Shown one piece after another: positions 41,575-51,891 of a stretch of DNA of 64,000 bases (within the stretch, counting starts at the first letter, position 1; the number at the start of each line of letters is the position of its first letter). A model generated the notes under the pieces. The model had not been told where the DNA came from. It did no database searches and saw only the letters and a list, made by a program, of their open reading frames with translations. The position numbers and the translations under genes were made by a program. This DNA is from Desulfobacterales bacterium (lineage in GTDB: Bacteria > Desulfobacterota > Desulfobacteria > Desulfobacterales > UBA2156): positions 4,704 through 68,703 of the forward strand of contig JALVQN010000174.1 of the NCBI GenBank assembly GCA_027025555.1. The letters are read 5' to 3'.

Positions 41575-43606
41575 CTTCGGATATTTCGAAGAAGATTCCC
41601 TGGGAAAACCCGACACCCTGAAGGTCGCCAAGCGCCTCTACCCTTTTGCCAAGCCCTATGGACGATTCTTTTTGTTGACCATCACCCTGGTTCTGGCGCT
41701 CACGCTCCTGGATCTGGCCGTGCCTTACGTGACCAAGGTGGCCATCGACCGTTACATCGTCCCGAGGGGGATGCGTCCGGGCGGTAAAAACCCTGTTCCG
41801 TCGGCCCCTGTGTCGCGCCGCTATCGCGTGGACCTCAAGGATCCGGCGTGTCGAACCATCGTGCGCCGCTATCCGGAAGACTTCGTGGTGAAGGGGGACA
41901 CGGCAGAGATCCCCTATGGGCGGCTCCGCACCCTGGATCCCCGGGACCTGAAAACGCTGCGCAAAAAGGACCTCAAGGGCGTTGCAACGGCGGCGGCGAT
42001 TCTTTTGATACTGGTGGCGGCCGGCTTTGCCTTCAATTTCTTCCAGATCATGGTGCTCGAATACATTGGCCAATCCATCATGCATGACCTGAGGATGCGC
42101 CTGTTCCGTCACATCCAGGGCCAGAAGATGGCCTTTTTCACCAAGAATCCGGTGGGCCGGCTGGTCACCCGGGTCACCAACGATGTCCAGAACATGCACG
42201 AACTGTTTACTTCCATGATCGTGGTGATTTTCAAGGATCTCTTTCTCCTTATCGGTATCGCCGCCATGCTCCTGGTCATCGACTGGCAACTGGCCTTGAT
42301 CTCTTTCAGTGTGCTTCCCTTTGTCATCATGGCTTCTTTCGCCTTTGCCCATCAGGCCCGGGAGGCTTTCCGGGTGCTGAGGATCAAACTCGCCGAGATC
42401 AATACCTATTTTTCCGAAACCGTCTCCGGTATTGCCGTGATCCAGTTGTTCCGGTATGCGCGGGAAAACGCGCGGCGATTTCAGGCGCTCAATCACGAAA
42501 ATTACCTGGCAGGCATGCGCCAGATCCGGATCTTCGCCCTCTTCATGCCGGTCATCGAACTCTTGGGTGCCGTGGCCATCGCCGTCATCATCTACTACGG
42601 GGGCGGCGCCGCGGTCTCCGGCCGCCTCACCCTGGGATCCCTGGTGGCTTTTTTGTCCTACATGCGCATGTTCTTCAATCCCATCCGGGACGTGGCTGAA
42701 AAGTACAATGTGATGCAAAACGCCATGGCGTCGGCCGAGCGCTTGTTCCTGATCTTAGACGCCCGGGATACCCTGGAAACAGACCCCCTTTCCCCCCCTC
42801 TCTTCAATTTTGCGCCCTTTTGTATCCGGCAAATCGTCTTCAACAACGTCTCCTTCGGCTATGGGAAAGGGGAAAGGGTCCTGGAGGGGATCTCCTTTTC
42901 CGTGGGTTCCGGAGAGTCCCTGGCCATTGTGGGCCCCACGGGATCCGGAAAGACCTCCCTCGTCAGCTTGATCCCCCGCTTCTATGATCCGGTCTCCGGG
43001 GAGATTTTGATCAACGGCATGGACTCCAGGAAATGGCCGCCCTCGCTTCTCAGGAGCAAAATGGCGCTTGTCACCCAGGATCCCTTCCTTTTTTCAGGAA
43101 CGCTTGATGACAATATTTTCCGGGGCACCGGCATCGACAAAGCAGACGAACGGATCCGGATCCTGGAACAATCCGGGTGTCTTTCCCTGGTCCATCGCCT
43201 CGAAAAGGGCCTTCAAACCGTGCTTTCGGAAGGGGGCAAATCCCTTTCAAGCGGGGAACGCCAGCTCATTTCCATCGCCCGGGCCTTTGCCCGTCGTCCG
43301 GACCTGGTCATCCTGGACGAAGCCACTTCCTACGTGGACTCCCGGACCGAATCCCTTATTCAGGAGGCCCTTTTCACTCTCATGGCCCAAAAGACATGCA
43401 TCCTCATCGCCCACCGACTCTCCACCGCCCGCCGCGCCCGTCGGATCCTTCTTTTAAATCACGGTCGGATCGTGGAGTACGGCACCCATGAGGCGCTCCT
43501 TGAAAAAAAAGGGTTTTATTTCCAACTTTATTGTCTGCAAGACCAAACTTCCCCCGGCTTTCCCGAAAAACAGGGCTCTTGGGGCCCCAGGGAAAAATCC
43601 CCTTGA
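41564..43606 (+). CDS. ABC exporter, fused permease/ATPase, subunit 2 (heterodimer partner)
   Basis: Trimmed to ATG 41564 (MRGDFGYFEEDSLGKP...), overlapping the upstream stop by 11 nt. GPTGSGKTS, LSSGERQLISIARAF, VILDEATS. Confidence 0.9.
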   Translation: MRGDFGYFEEDSLGKPDTLKVAKRLYPFAKPYGRFFLLTITLVLALTLLDLAVPYVTKVAIDRYIVPRGMRPGGKNPVPSAPVSRRYRVDLKDPACRTIVRRYPEDFVVKGDTAEIPYGRLRTLDPRDLKTLRKKDLKGVATAAAILLILVAAGFAFNFFQIMVLEYIGQSIMHDLRMRLFRHIQGQKMAFFTKNPVGRLVTRVTNDVQNMHELFTSMIVVIFKDLFLLIGIAAMLLVIDWQLALISFSVLPFVIMASFAFAHQAREAFRVLRIKLAEINTYFSETVSGIAVIQLFRYARENARRFQALNHENYLAGMRQIRIFALFMPVIELLGAVAIAVIIYYGGGAAVSGRLTLGSLVAFLSYMRMFFNPIRDVAEKYNVMQNAMASAERLFLILDARDTLETDPLSPPLFNFAPFCIRQIVFNNVSFGYGKGERVLEGISFSVGSGESLAIVGPTGSGKTSLVSLIPRFYDPVSGEILINGMDSRKWPPSLLRSKMALVTQDPFLFSGTLDDNIFRGTGIDKADERIRILEQSGCLSLVHRLEKGLQTVLSEGGKSLSSGERQLISIARAFARRPDLVILDEATSYVDSRTESLIQEALFTLMAQKTCILIAHRLSTARRARRILLLNHGRIVEYGTHEALLEKKGFYFQLYCLQDQTSPGFPEKQGSWGPREKSP

Positions 43607-43790
43607 GGACTTTAAAAACGCCATTTCCCCCTTGCAAAAGCCAATTTTAAATGATAGCCGTCTTCCCTTTAAGGGTGTTCAGGCGTTCCAGGTGTCTTTT
43701 TTTGATCCCGGGATGACAGGCCGACGAACCCTGAGCCTTTCGGGTTTTCCCAATGGACTCAACAGACCAAACAAAAAGGAGGAGTGAAAC

Positions 43791-45554
43791 ATGGCGTACG
43801 ATGCGACGAAGATGGCAGACTGGCAGATTTCCGAAGCGGCGGAAGCCAATATGCCCGCTCCAGAGGAATGGCGCGAGAAACTGGGTCTTGAAAAAGACGA
43901 GATCCTGCCCATGGGGCGGCTGGCCAAGCTCGACTTCCTCAAGATCATCGAGCGGTTGAAGGACAAACCCGACGGGAAGTATATCGAAGTGACCGCCATC
44001 ACCCCCACGCCGTTGGGGGAAGGGAAAAGCACCACCTCCTGCGGCCTGATGGAAGGCCTCGGGAAACGGGGCGTCAACGTGGGCGGCGCCCTGCGGCAGC
44101 CTTCCGGCGGCCCCACCATGAACGTGAAAGGGACCGCTGCCGGTGGCGGAAACTCCCTCTTGATCCCCATGACCGAATTTTCCCTGGGCTTGACCGGCGA
44201 CATCAACGACATCATGAATGCCCACAACCTGGCCATGGTGGCCCTCACCGCCCGGATGCAGCATGAGCGCAATTACAACGATGAACAGCTGCAACGCCTG
44301 ACCGGAATGCCCCGGCTGAACATCGACCCCACCCGGGTGGAGATGGGATGGATCATCGACTACTGCGCCCAGGCCCTGCGGAACATCATCATCGGCATCG
44401 GGGGGCGGATGGACGGCTTCATGATGCAGTCCAAGTTCGGTATCGCGGTGAGTTCCGAGTGTATGGCCATCCTGTCCATCGTGCGCGACCTGGCGGACCT
44501 GAAGGAGCGCCTCAACAACATTACGGTGGCCTTTGACAAGAGCGGGAAGCCCGTGACCACGGGAGACCTGGAAGTGGGCAATGCCATGACCGCATGGATG
44601 CGCAACACCATCAACCCCACACTCATGTGTACCGCCGAATACAATCCCTGCATGGTCCATGCCGGACCCTTCGCCAACATCGCCGTGGGACAGAGCTCCA
44701 TCATCGCCGACCGGATCGGGCTGAAGCTCTTCGATTACCACGTCACCGAATCGGGGTTTGCCGCCGATATCGGGTTTGAAAAGTTCTGGAACGTGAAGTG
44801 CCGGTACAGCGGCCTGAAACCCCATGTATCGGTCCTCACCGCCACCATCCGGGCCCTGAAGATGCACGGCGGGGGGCCGAAAGTGGTGGCCGGCATTCCG
44901 CTCCCGGAAGAGTACCAGAAAGAGAACCTGGAGCTGGTGGAAAAGGGCTGCGAAAACATGGTTCATATGATCAATGTGATCCGTAAGTCGGGCATGAACC
45001 CCGTGGTCTGTGTCAACCGGTTCTACACCGACACCGACGACGAAGTGGCCCTTGTCAAGAAGGCCGCCGAGGCCGCCGGCGCCCGCTGCGCCGAGTCCAA
45101 CCACTGGTTGAAAGGCGGCGACGGCGCCCTGGAGTTTGCCGACGCGGTCATCGACGCGTGCAATGAGGAAAGCGAATTTAAATTCCTGTATCCCATTGAA
45201 ATGAAGCTTCGCGACCGGGTGGATATCATCGCCAGGGAAGTGTACGGAGCCGACGGCGTCACCTGGACGCCGGAAGCCGAAGCCAAGGCGAAGATGCTGG
45301 AGTCGGATCCCAAATACGACGACTATACCACCATGATGGTGAAGACCCATCTGAGCCTCAGCCATGATCCCACCCTCAAGGGGGTGCCCAAGGGATGGAC
45401 CCTGCCCATCCGCGACGTGCTGATCTATTCCGGTGCCAAGTTCCTGTGTCCCTGTGCAGGCACCATCAGCCTCATGCCCGGCACCAGCTCCAACCCGGCC
45501 TTCCGGAGAGTGGACGTGGACGTCAATACCGGAAAAGTCACCGGCCTCTTCTAG
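43791..45554 (+). CDS. fhs: formate--tetrahydrofolate ligase
   Basis: 587 aa. [15 protein letters not shown]-loop and overall Fhs sequence. SD AAGGAGGAG. Confidence 0.97.
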   Translation: MAYDATKMADWQISEAAEANMPAPEEWREKLGLEKDEILPMGRLAKLDFLKIIERLKDKPDGKYIEVTAITPTPLGEGKSTTSCGLMEGLGKRGVNVGGALRQPSGGPTMNVKGTAAGGGNSLLIPMTEFSLGLTGDINDIMNAHNLAMVALTARMQHERNYNDEQLQRLTGMPRLNIDPTRVEMGWIIDYCAQALRNIIIGIGGRMDGFMMQSKFGIAVSSECMAILSIVRDLADLKERLNNITVAFDKSGKPVTTGDLEVGNAMTAWMRNTINPTLMCTAEYNPCMVHAGPFANIAVGQSSIIADRIGLKLFDYHVTESGFAADIGFEKFWNVKCRYSGLKPHVSVLTATIRALKMHGGGPKVVAGIPLPEEYQKENLELVEKGCENMVHMINVIRKSGMNPVVCVNRFYTDTDDEVALVKKAAEAAGARCAESNHWLKGGDGALEFADAVIDACNEESEFKFLYPIEMKLRDRVDIIAREVYGADGVTWTPEAEAKAKMLESDPKYDDYTTMMVKTHLSLSHDPTLKGVPKGWTLPIRDVLIYSGAKFLCPCAGTISLMPGTSSNPAFRRVDVDVNTGKVTGLF

Positions 45555-45567
45555 AGGACACTTGCCG

Positions 45568-45613
45568 AACGATTCGGGGGGCCTGCTCCATCGCAGGCCC
45601 CCCGAATCGTTTT
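45568..45613 (+). terminator. intrinsic terminator after fhs
   Basis: Perfect 19-bp stem AACGATTCGGGGGGCCTGC / GCAGGCCCCCCGAATCGTT with a 6-nt loop, running into TTTT. Sits 14 nt after the fhs stop, between the convergent fhs and ispD. Confidence 0.65.
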
Positions 45614-45681
45614 ACCGTTCTTTACGCCGCGTTCCCGCGCCCTTTAGCTCCCCCCCTTCCCCTGGAGCCGCCTTCAGGAAA

Positions 45682-46374
45682 TTATGACCGCAACCGTGCG
45701 TACAAGGCCTCGGCCATCTTCAAGTCTTCCGGCGTGGTCACCTTGAGGTTGAATCGGCTTCCCTGAATGATTTTCACCGGATACCCCGTCCGTTCCACCA
45801 ACTGGGCGTCATCGGTGGCGAGGATCGCCTCTTTTGCGGCCTTTTCATGGGCCTGCCGCAGGATTCGATAGTGAAAACATTGGGGCGTTTGAGCGATCCA
45901 CAGGCGGCTTCTGGCCAGGGTTTCCCGGATGGTGAGGCCCTCATCCACCCGCTTGAGGGTCTCTGTGGCCGGAATCGCCAGGACTGCGGCGCCGTCTTTT
46001 TCGGCGCAGCGGATTGTGGCACGGATATGTTCCGGGGAAACCAAAGGGCGCACCCCGTCGTGAACGGCCACCAGCAAGGTGGATTGCGGAAGGGCCTGGA
46101 GGGCCCTGTACACCGAATCCTGCCGTTTTTCACCGCCGGCGATCAGTTCAATGGGATGTTGGAGGGAAAGTCTCCCAAGGAGGGATTCCCTGCAGAATGC
46201 GGCATCCCCTTCAGGGATCACAAGGAGGATTCGATCGATTTCGGAGCAGGCATCAAAGGCCAGAATCGTGTGGCACAAAAGGGGCAGCCCCCCGAGGCTC
46301 AGATACTGCTTGGGAACGTCGCTCCCCATGCGGGTCCCTTTGCCGGCGGCCACGACAATTCCTGCGATTTCCAT
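45682..46374 (-). CDS. ispD: 2-C-methyl-D-erythritol 4-phosphate cytidylyltransferase
   Basis: 230 aa. IVVAAGKGTRMGSDVPKQYL, VHDGVRP canonical IspD. Confidence 0.95.
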   Translation of the reverse strand: MEIAGIVVAAGKGTRMGSDVPKQYLSLGGLPLLCHTILAFDACSEIDRILLVIPEGDAAFCRESLLGRLSLQHPIELIAGGEKRQDSVYRALQALPQSTLLVAVHDGVRPLVSPEHIRATIRCAEKDGAAVLAIPATETLKRVDEGLTIRETLARSRLWIAQTPQCFHYRILRQAHEKAAKEAILATDDAQLVERTGYPVKIIQGSRFNLKVTTPEDLKMAEALYARLRS

Positions 46375-46406
46375 GGAGGATCCTGTCTCGGTGGTTGATG
46401 CGGCGA

Positions 46407-47729
46407 TCAGGTGAGATATTTGAGCTCTTTGGGAAGCGGCACCCCTTTCCCCATGGTGTCTTCCCCGTAATTCACGCTCGCCAGAATCTCAATGTCTTTC
46501 AGGGCGCGGGTGTCGCCTTCGAATCGAACCGTGGTGATCTTTTCTTTCTGGATCTTTCCGCCCGCCCATTGGATGTCGAGAACGCTGCTGGCGTCGAAAC
46601 GGTCTTCTCCCACGCACAATTCCACTTGACCGCCATAATGCTGGACGATCTTGGCCACCAGCAGACTGGGCCTGGCGTGGAACCCCAGCTTGACCGGGAT
46701 TCCCACGGTGATGGAGCCCCGTTCGATGTTTTCATTGAGGATCTCACGGGCCAAGGCTTTTCCGCCGGTCAGGAAGTGGCAGGTATAAAACAGACAACAA
46801 TTGATGACGCGATCCAGGAGGATGTCCGGGTCGATCAGTTCCACCAAGCGTTCCCGGACCTGTTGATAGACGTGCTTATACCCCACGTGGAAAAGGTGGC
46901 GTTCATAGAAATGCAGGAGCCGGCCGATATTTTGAAGCAGGTGGAAAACCAGGGAAAAGTAGCCCCTGAGTTGCTTGAGCTTGCGGTTGCCGAAGCGGTA
47001 TCCCCCGTGGATCACATAGCTGTCGAAGGAGGACTGCAGGTTGTGGACCAGCATCTCGAAACGCCGGATTTCCACCTCGTTGACTTTGAAAGGGACGATC
47101 TCCCGGATCTCTCCCACCCGGTAGTGCTTGAAGACACCCAGCTGGTCCACGGCGTCTGCCACCTTGAGAAATTCATTGGCAATCTTGACGATATTCTCCT
47201 TTTGCTGATCCCTGTCGATGTCGTCGATGTCGAAATCGAGCAGCTCGCCGGTAACGACCCCGGGAAAGGCCGATGCATCGAACCCCCTTTTGGGCAGGGG
47301 GATCTCCAACCGCTTGGCCTCTTTTAAAATGACCGGCGCCAGTTTCAGGATCGACTCCTTGATGAAATGCTGGGTTGCCTGCCGTTCCTTTTCGAATTCT
47401 TCCGTATTGGGCAACTCGTAAAAGCGAAGGCGGTTTGAAATGTGTTGCTGGGCGTAGCCGCTCAGGCTCAGGTGGCGCATGGCAGCGGAAAGCTCCCGGT
47501 AGAAGTACCAATTGCTGCTGTTTTTCGCGCCATGAAAATCGAGAAAATCTTCAAGGAGTTGAGACGAAGAAATCAAGGTGGAGTACAGCTTTTTCGTGAA
47601 AACCGGCGCCGTGGGCGGAAGGCCCTTGAGGTACAGGCAACACTTCAGGTAGTCATGGGAGAATATTTTGACTTTTTCGCGGAAGGAAATCCCGCAAGCC
47701 TGTTTGGCAGATTCGATTTTTTTCAGCAT
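46407..47729 (-). CDS. unknown ~350-aa helical domain fused to a C-terminal HPr (PTS phosphocarrier) domain
   Basis: Start set to ATG 47729 (the track start is TTG 47741). The C-terminal ITVGIPVKLGFHARPSLLVAKIVQHYGGQVELCVGEDRFDASSVLDIQWAGG...VRFEGDTRALKDI aligns to HPr (GLHaRPA His-15 box; Ser-46-like ASS). I recognise no motifs in the N-terminal 350 aa. Confidence 0.75.
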   Translation of the reverse strand: MLKKIESAKQACGISFREKVKIFSHDYLKCCLYLKGLPPTAPVFTKKLYSTLISSSQLLEDFLDFHGAKNSSNWYFYRELSAAMRHLSLSGYAQQHISNRLRFYELPNTEEFEKERQATQHFIKESILKLAPVILKEAKRLEIPLPKRGFDASAFPGVVTGELLDFDIDDIDRDQQKENIVKIANEFLKVADAVDQLGVFKHYRVGEIREIVPFKVNEVEIRRFEMLVHNLQSSFDSYVIHGGYRFGNRKLKQLRGYFSLVFHLLQNIGRLLHFYERHLFHVGYKHVYQQVRERLVELIDPDILLDRVINCCLFYTCHFLTGGKALAREILNENIERGSITVGIPVKLGFHARPSLLVAKIVQHYGGQVELCVGEDRFDASSVLDIQWAGGKIQKEKITTVRFEGDTRALKDIEILASVNYGEDTMGKGVPLPKELKYLT

Positions 47730-47814
47730 GGCTTCCCGCAAAAGAATGCCTCCCGGGCGTCCTTTCGTTGTTTTGAATGCCGTCGGACCGACGAAAATAG
47801 CGCCTGGAACAATG

Positions 47815-48197
<383 letters not shown>

Positions 48198-48224
48198 GCA
48201 TTGTCTCTTGGGTATCGAGCTGTG

Positions 48225-48947
48225 TTACGAAGGGGTCTCCTGTTCTTTTTTCCAGTATAACATTCTTTGGCAATGGGGGCAATAGGCGATGTCGTCCTTT
48301 TGCTGGAGTTCGTTGTACATCTGGGGCGGAATATTCATATAGCATCCCTGACAAACCGCTTTTTGGGCCGCCACCACCACCATGGGGCCCACCCTTTCCT
48401 TGATCAAGCGGTACTTCTTTGCGAGATCCGGATGAATTTTACCGCCGACCTCCCGCCGGTCTTGACGCATCCGTTCCAGCTGTTTTTCGGTTTCTTCCTT
48501 CTCCAGGAGGGTCCTTTCCTTTTCTTCTTCACACTGATGTTTGAACTTTTGAAACGCCTTTTCTTTGACTTCAAGCTGGGCTTCGCTTTTGTCGATATTT
48601 TCCAGATACTCCAGCATCCCATCTTCCATGGCGGCGATCTTGCCTTTTTGATCTTCTATTTCCTTGAGCAACGACTGATATTCCCGGTTGTTTTTAACCG
48701 ATCTTAAGGCGGTTTCGCTCTTTTGAAGGCGCGCCTCCGCCGCCTGCACATCGGATTCCATGGCCCGATATGATTTTCGCATCTCGCTGAGGGCCGCCTT
48801 CGCCTCTTCCAGCTCTTTGTCAGCGGCGGCGATTTCTTCATCCACCCGGGAAAACCGGCGGGTCAGGGCCTGAACCTTTTCCCGTGTTTCAGCGATTTGG
48901 ATCTCCAGGGCCTGGAATGCCAAAAGCGTCTTTAAATCCGTGTTCAT
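48225..48947 (-). CDS. coiled-coil C4 zinc-ribbon protein (COG1579/DUF164 type)
   Basis: 240 aa from ATG 48947 (the track start is a TTG overlapping Nif3). Long heptad-rich coiled coil, then CQGCYMNIPPQMYNELQQKDDIAYCPHCQRMLY. Confidence 0.8.
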   Translation of the reverse strand: MNTDLKTLLAFQALEIQIAETREKVQALTRRFSRVDEEIAAADKELEEAKAALSEMRKSYRAMESDVQAAEARLQKSETALRSVKNNREYQSLLKEIEDQKGKIAAMEDGMLEYLENIDKSEAQLEVKEKAFQKFKHQCEEEKERTLLEKEETEKQLERMRQDRREVGGKIHPDLAKKYRLIKERVGPMVVVAAQKAVCQGCYMNIPPQMYNELQQKDDIAYCPHCQRMLYWKKEQETPS

Positions 48948-48984
48948 GGGGGATCCGATTCTCGGTTGATGGGTGTGGCCATTT

Positions 48985-49797
48985 TTATAAAACGACAAAG
49001 GGATCCTTCTCCACAGGACATGGATCTATTGAAACATGCATCCTGTTTCGGGCAAACGCCCTCCGGAGACGATCGGTCCATATGTCCAGGAACAGATACT
49101 CCGAGTGGAAGTGGCCGATGTCAATGAGGCCGCGGCCGTGCTCCTGGGCCTTCCGGGCATCGTGATACTTGAGGTCGCCGCTGACAAAGACCTGGGCGTC
49201 CGAGGAAAGAAAGGTGTCCATGAAAGCGGATCCGCTTCCGGCGCAACAAGCCACTTGATGAATTTCCATTCGTGAATCGCCTGAAAAACGGATGTGGGAA
49301 AGACCCAGTCTTTCTTTCAGACTTTCCGTGTACGAGGCGAGCGTCCAAGTGCCCTGCAACGCCCCGATTCGGGTAAATCCCCGTTTCTCTTCCCCGGGAA
49401 AGGCGTCCAGGACCCTCGGATCCTGGAGCTGAAGCCGACGGGCAAGGGCATCGTTCACCCCGCCCGGGACACAGTCCAGGTTGGTATGGGCCGCGTAAAT
49501 GGCCAGACGGTGTGCCAGGGATTTTTCAAGAATATATCCCAAGGGGGTGGCAAGATCGAATCTTTTTACCCCCTCCAGGAGAAGGGGATGATGGGTGATC
49601 AGCATGTGAACGCCGCTGGCGGCAGCCGCCTCGACAACCGTGCGCCCGCAGTCCAAAGCCACCCAGATCCTCTCCACCGGCCAGTCCCCGTCACCCACCT
49701 GAAGCCCCACATTGTCCCAGCTTTCCGCCAGGTGGAGGGGCGTGTCCTGATCGAGACAGCGGACAATATCACGAACAACAGCCGTGGTCATAAGCAT
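48985..49797 (-). CDS. Nif3-like dinuclear metal centre protein (YbgI/NIF3 family)
   Basis: 270 aa. AESWDNVGLQVGD, MLITHHPLL, AAHTNLD, IDIGHFHSE motifs. Confidence 0.9.
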   Translation of the reverse strand: MLMTTAVVRDIVRCLDQDTPLHLAESWDNVGLQVGDGDWPVERIWVALDCGRTVVEAAAASGVHMLITHHPLLLEGVKRFDLATPLGYILEKSLAHRLAIYAAHTNLDCVPGGVNDALARRLQLQDPRVLDAFPGEEKRGFTRIGALQGTWTLASYTESLKERLGLSHIRFSGDSRMEIHQVACCAGSGSAFMDTFLSSDAQVFVSGDLKYHDARKAQEHGRGLIDIGHFHSEYLFLDIWTDRLRRAFARNRMHVSIDPCPVEKDPFVVL

Positions 49798-49858
49798 GCG
49801 GAATACCTTGTGTTTTCGTCTCGATGCCAGCTGCCCGGCACTTCGGCCTGAAAAAAGG

Positions 49859-49931
49859 TGGGCCCACCTGGATTCGAACCAGGGACCGACCGGTTATGAG
49901 CCGGTGGCTCTGCCAGCTGAGCTATGGGCCC
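49859..49931 (-). tRNA. tRNA with CAT anticodon (elongator Met, or Ile2 if lysidine-modified)
   Basis: Reverse complement: GGGCCCATAGCTCAGCTGGCAGAGCCACCGGCTCATAACCGGTCGGTCCCTGGTTCGAATCCAGGTGGGCCCA. Clean cloverleaf with a G1:C72 pair and no GGG/CCC anticodon stem, so not an initiator. CCA is not fully encoded (CCT). Confidence 0.88.
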
Positions 49932-50070
49932 GCATCATTAGAAACCGGTTCTTACCCCTGGAGGCGCCTCTTGTCAACGATTGCATCCTTTCAGGGGGTC
50001 CGGTACACGTTTTTACTGCTTCTGGTCCGCATCACCTTCTGAAAACTCCGCGATAAAGGGGCATTTGCAA

Positions 50071-51891
50071 TCAGTTTTCGATGAATCCCTTCAGCCTGCA
50101 GCTGCGGGTCGGGTGCCGAAGTTTGCGAAGGGCCTTGGCTTCAATCTGACGGATCCGTTCCCGAGTCACGGCAAAATCCTGACCCACTTCTTCCAGGGTA
50201 TGATCGGCCTTTTCACCGATTCCAAAACGCATTCGCAGCACCTTTTCCTCGCGCGGTGTGAGGGTGGCCAGGACCTTTCGGGTCTGTTCGGCCAGATTCA
50301 AATTGACCGCCGCATCCGAAGGAAGGAGAAACTTCTTGTCCTCGATGAAGTCTCCCAAATGACTGTCCTCTTCCTCCCCAATGGGCGTCTCCAGCGAGAT
50401 GGGCTCCCGGGCGATCTTGAGAACCTTGCGGACCTTGTCCAGGGGGATTTCCATTTTTTCCGCAATCTCTTCGGGGGTCGGTTCCCGCCCCAGTTCCTGG
50501 ACGAGGTAGCGGGAGGTGCGGATCAGCTTGTTGATGGTTTCGATCATGTGCACCGGAATCCGGATGGTTCGGGCCTGGTCCGCAATGGCCCGGGTAATGG
50601 CCTGGCGGATCCACCACGTGGCATAGGTGGAAAACTTGTATCCCCGTCGGTATTCGAATTTATCCACGGCTTTCATGAGGCCGATATTGCCCTCCTGAAT
50701 CAAGTCCAGAAATTGAAGCCCCCGGTTGGTATACTTCTTGGCGATACTGACCACAAGCCTGAGATTTGCCTTGGTCAGCTCACTCTTGGCGATTTTTACC
50801 TTCCGATGTCCTTCTTCCACCTTCACAATGATCCGTTTCAGGGCGTGCATATCGGCCCAATTCTTCTTCTCCCGGGCCTGGATATGCTCCAAAAGTTCCC
50901 GGACATCGTTGAAGAAACGCGTCAGCTCAGCCGTCTTCATCGTGGTTCGGCCCTTTGCCCATTTCATGAAGGCCTTCTTGGATTTCATGTTCTCGCAAAG
51001 GGCGGTAACCGAGGTGTGCATGGCCGCCGCACGCGCCGAAAGGGCATCCTGTAAGGCCTTGAACGCATCGATTTCACTGCGGATATCCTCTTCGATGCCC
51101 TCCATCACCGATCCTTCAAAGCGCCATTCCTTGAGGAGGTTTAAAATCTTTATGTTCCGGCGGCTGATGTTTTTTCGAATGGCCCGTTTTTCGCTTTGCG
51201 GGGTTTTGGACGAAAAGAGCCGTGTCCTGAAGGCCAGGTTCTCTTCATGGATTTTCCGGACGTCGTGGATGGTTTTCAAAAATCCTTCAATTTTGACGGC
51301 CTCATCCACATACGCGTCCCCTTCATCGATGTCCCTGAGGACATGTTTGGGACGAATCTGGCTGTTTTCGATCTGTTCCCCCAGGCTGAGGATGCGTTCC
51401 ACCCCGATCTGGGTCTCCAGGAGGCATTTCAGCACTTCCTGTTCCCCCAGCTCGATCTTTTTGGCAATCTCCACCTCCCCTTCCCGGGTCAGGAGCGTCA
51501 CCAACCCCATTTCGCGCAAATACATCTTGACCGGATCGGTGACCCCTCCCAGGTCCGAAACCACGGGCGTACCGGCCACGTTCTTTTCCTTGACGTCTTG
51601 AAGATTCTTCGCCGCTTTGAGCTCCTCTTTGGTTAAAAGCTCGATGTCGAACTCATTGAGAAGCGACAGCCGCTCTTCCACCTGCTCCCTGGAAAAACGG
51701 TCTTGCGGGAGTGCTTTCCGAACCTCTTCCACAGTGACATAGCCCCTCTTTTGGCCCTTTACCAAAAGGGCCTCAAAGGCTGTCTGCTTTGCCGGGGGCC
51801 CTGCCTTCCCCTCTTTTTTTCGAGAAACAGGGGTGTCGGTCTTACGAATCTCTTTCCGACTCTTTTTGGCTGTACTCCGTTTTTTCGGCAT
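50071..51891 (-). CDS. rpoD: RNA polymerase sigma-70 factor
   Basis: 606 aa with conserved regions 1.2-4.2 ([82 protein letters not shown]). ATG 51891 has a GGGAGG SD. Confidence 0.97.
   Translation of the reverse strand: MPKKRSTAKKSRKEIRKTDTPVSRKKEGKAGPPAKQTAFEALLVKGQKRGYVTVEEVRKALPQDRFSREQVEERLSLLNEFDIELLTKEELKAAKNLQDVKEKNVAGTPVVSDLGGVTDPVKMYLREMGLVTLLTREGEVEIAKKIELGEQEVLKCLLETQIGVERILSLGEQIENSQIRPKHVLRDIDEGDAYVDEAVKIEGFLKTIHDVRKIHEENLAFRTRLFSSKTPQSEKRAIRKNISRRNIKILNLLKEWRFEGSVMEGIEEDIRSEIDAFKALQDALSARAAAMHTSVTALCENMKSKKAFMKWAKGRTTMKTAELTRFFNDVRELLEHIQAREKKNWADMHALKRIIVKVEEGHRKVKIAKSELTKANLRLVVSIAKKYTNRGLQFLDLIQEGNIGLMKAVDKFEYRRGYKFSTYATWWIRQAITRAIADQARTIRIPVHMIETINKLIRTSRYLVQELGREPTPEEIAEKMEIPLDKVRKVLKIAREPISLETPIGEEEDSHLGDFIEDKKFLLPSDAAVNLNLAEQTRKVLATLTPREEKVLRMRFGIGEKADHTLEEVGQDFAVTRERIRQIEAKALRKLRHPTRSCRLKGFIEN

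Noticed and set aside
43607-43790. Possible ZTP (pfl) or THF riboswitch in the 184-nt fhs leader.
   Set aside because: I could not find the conserved ZTP core segments (GGGUCGUGACUGGCG..., CCGCCUGGGC) or THF motif features by eye. An Rfam/Infernal scan would be needed to settle this.
49859-49931. The CAT-anticodon tRNA as an initiator tRNA-fMet.
   Set aside because: It has a G1:C72 Watson-Crick pair and lacks the three consecutive G:C pairs in the anticodon stem, so it is an elongator Met or tRNA-Ile2.
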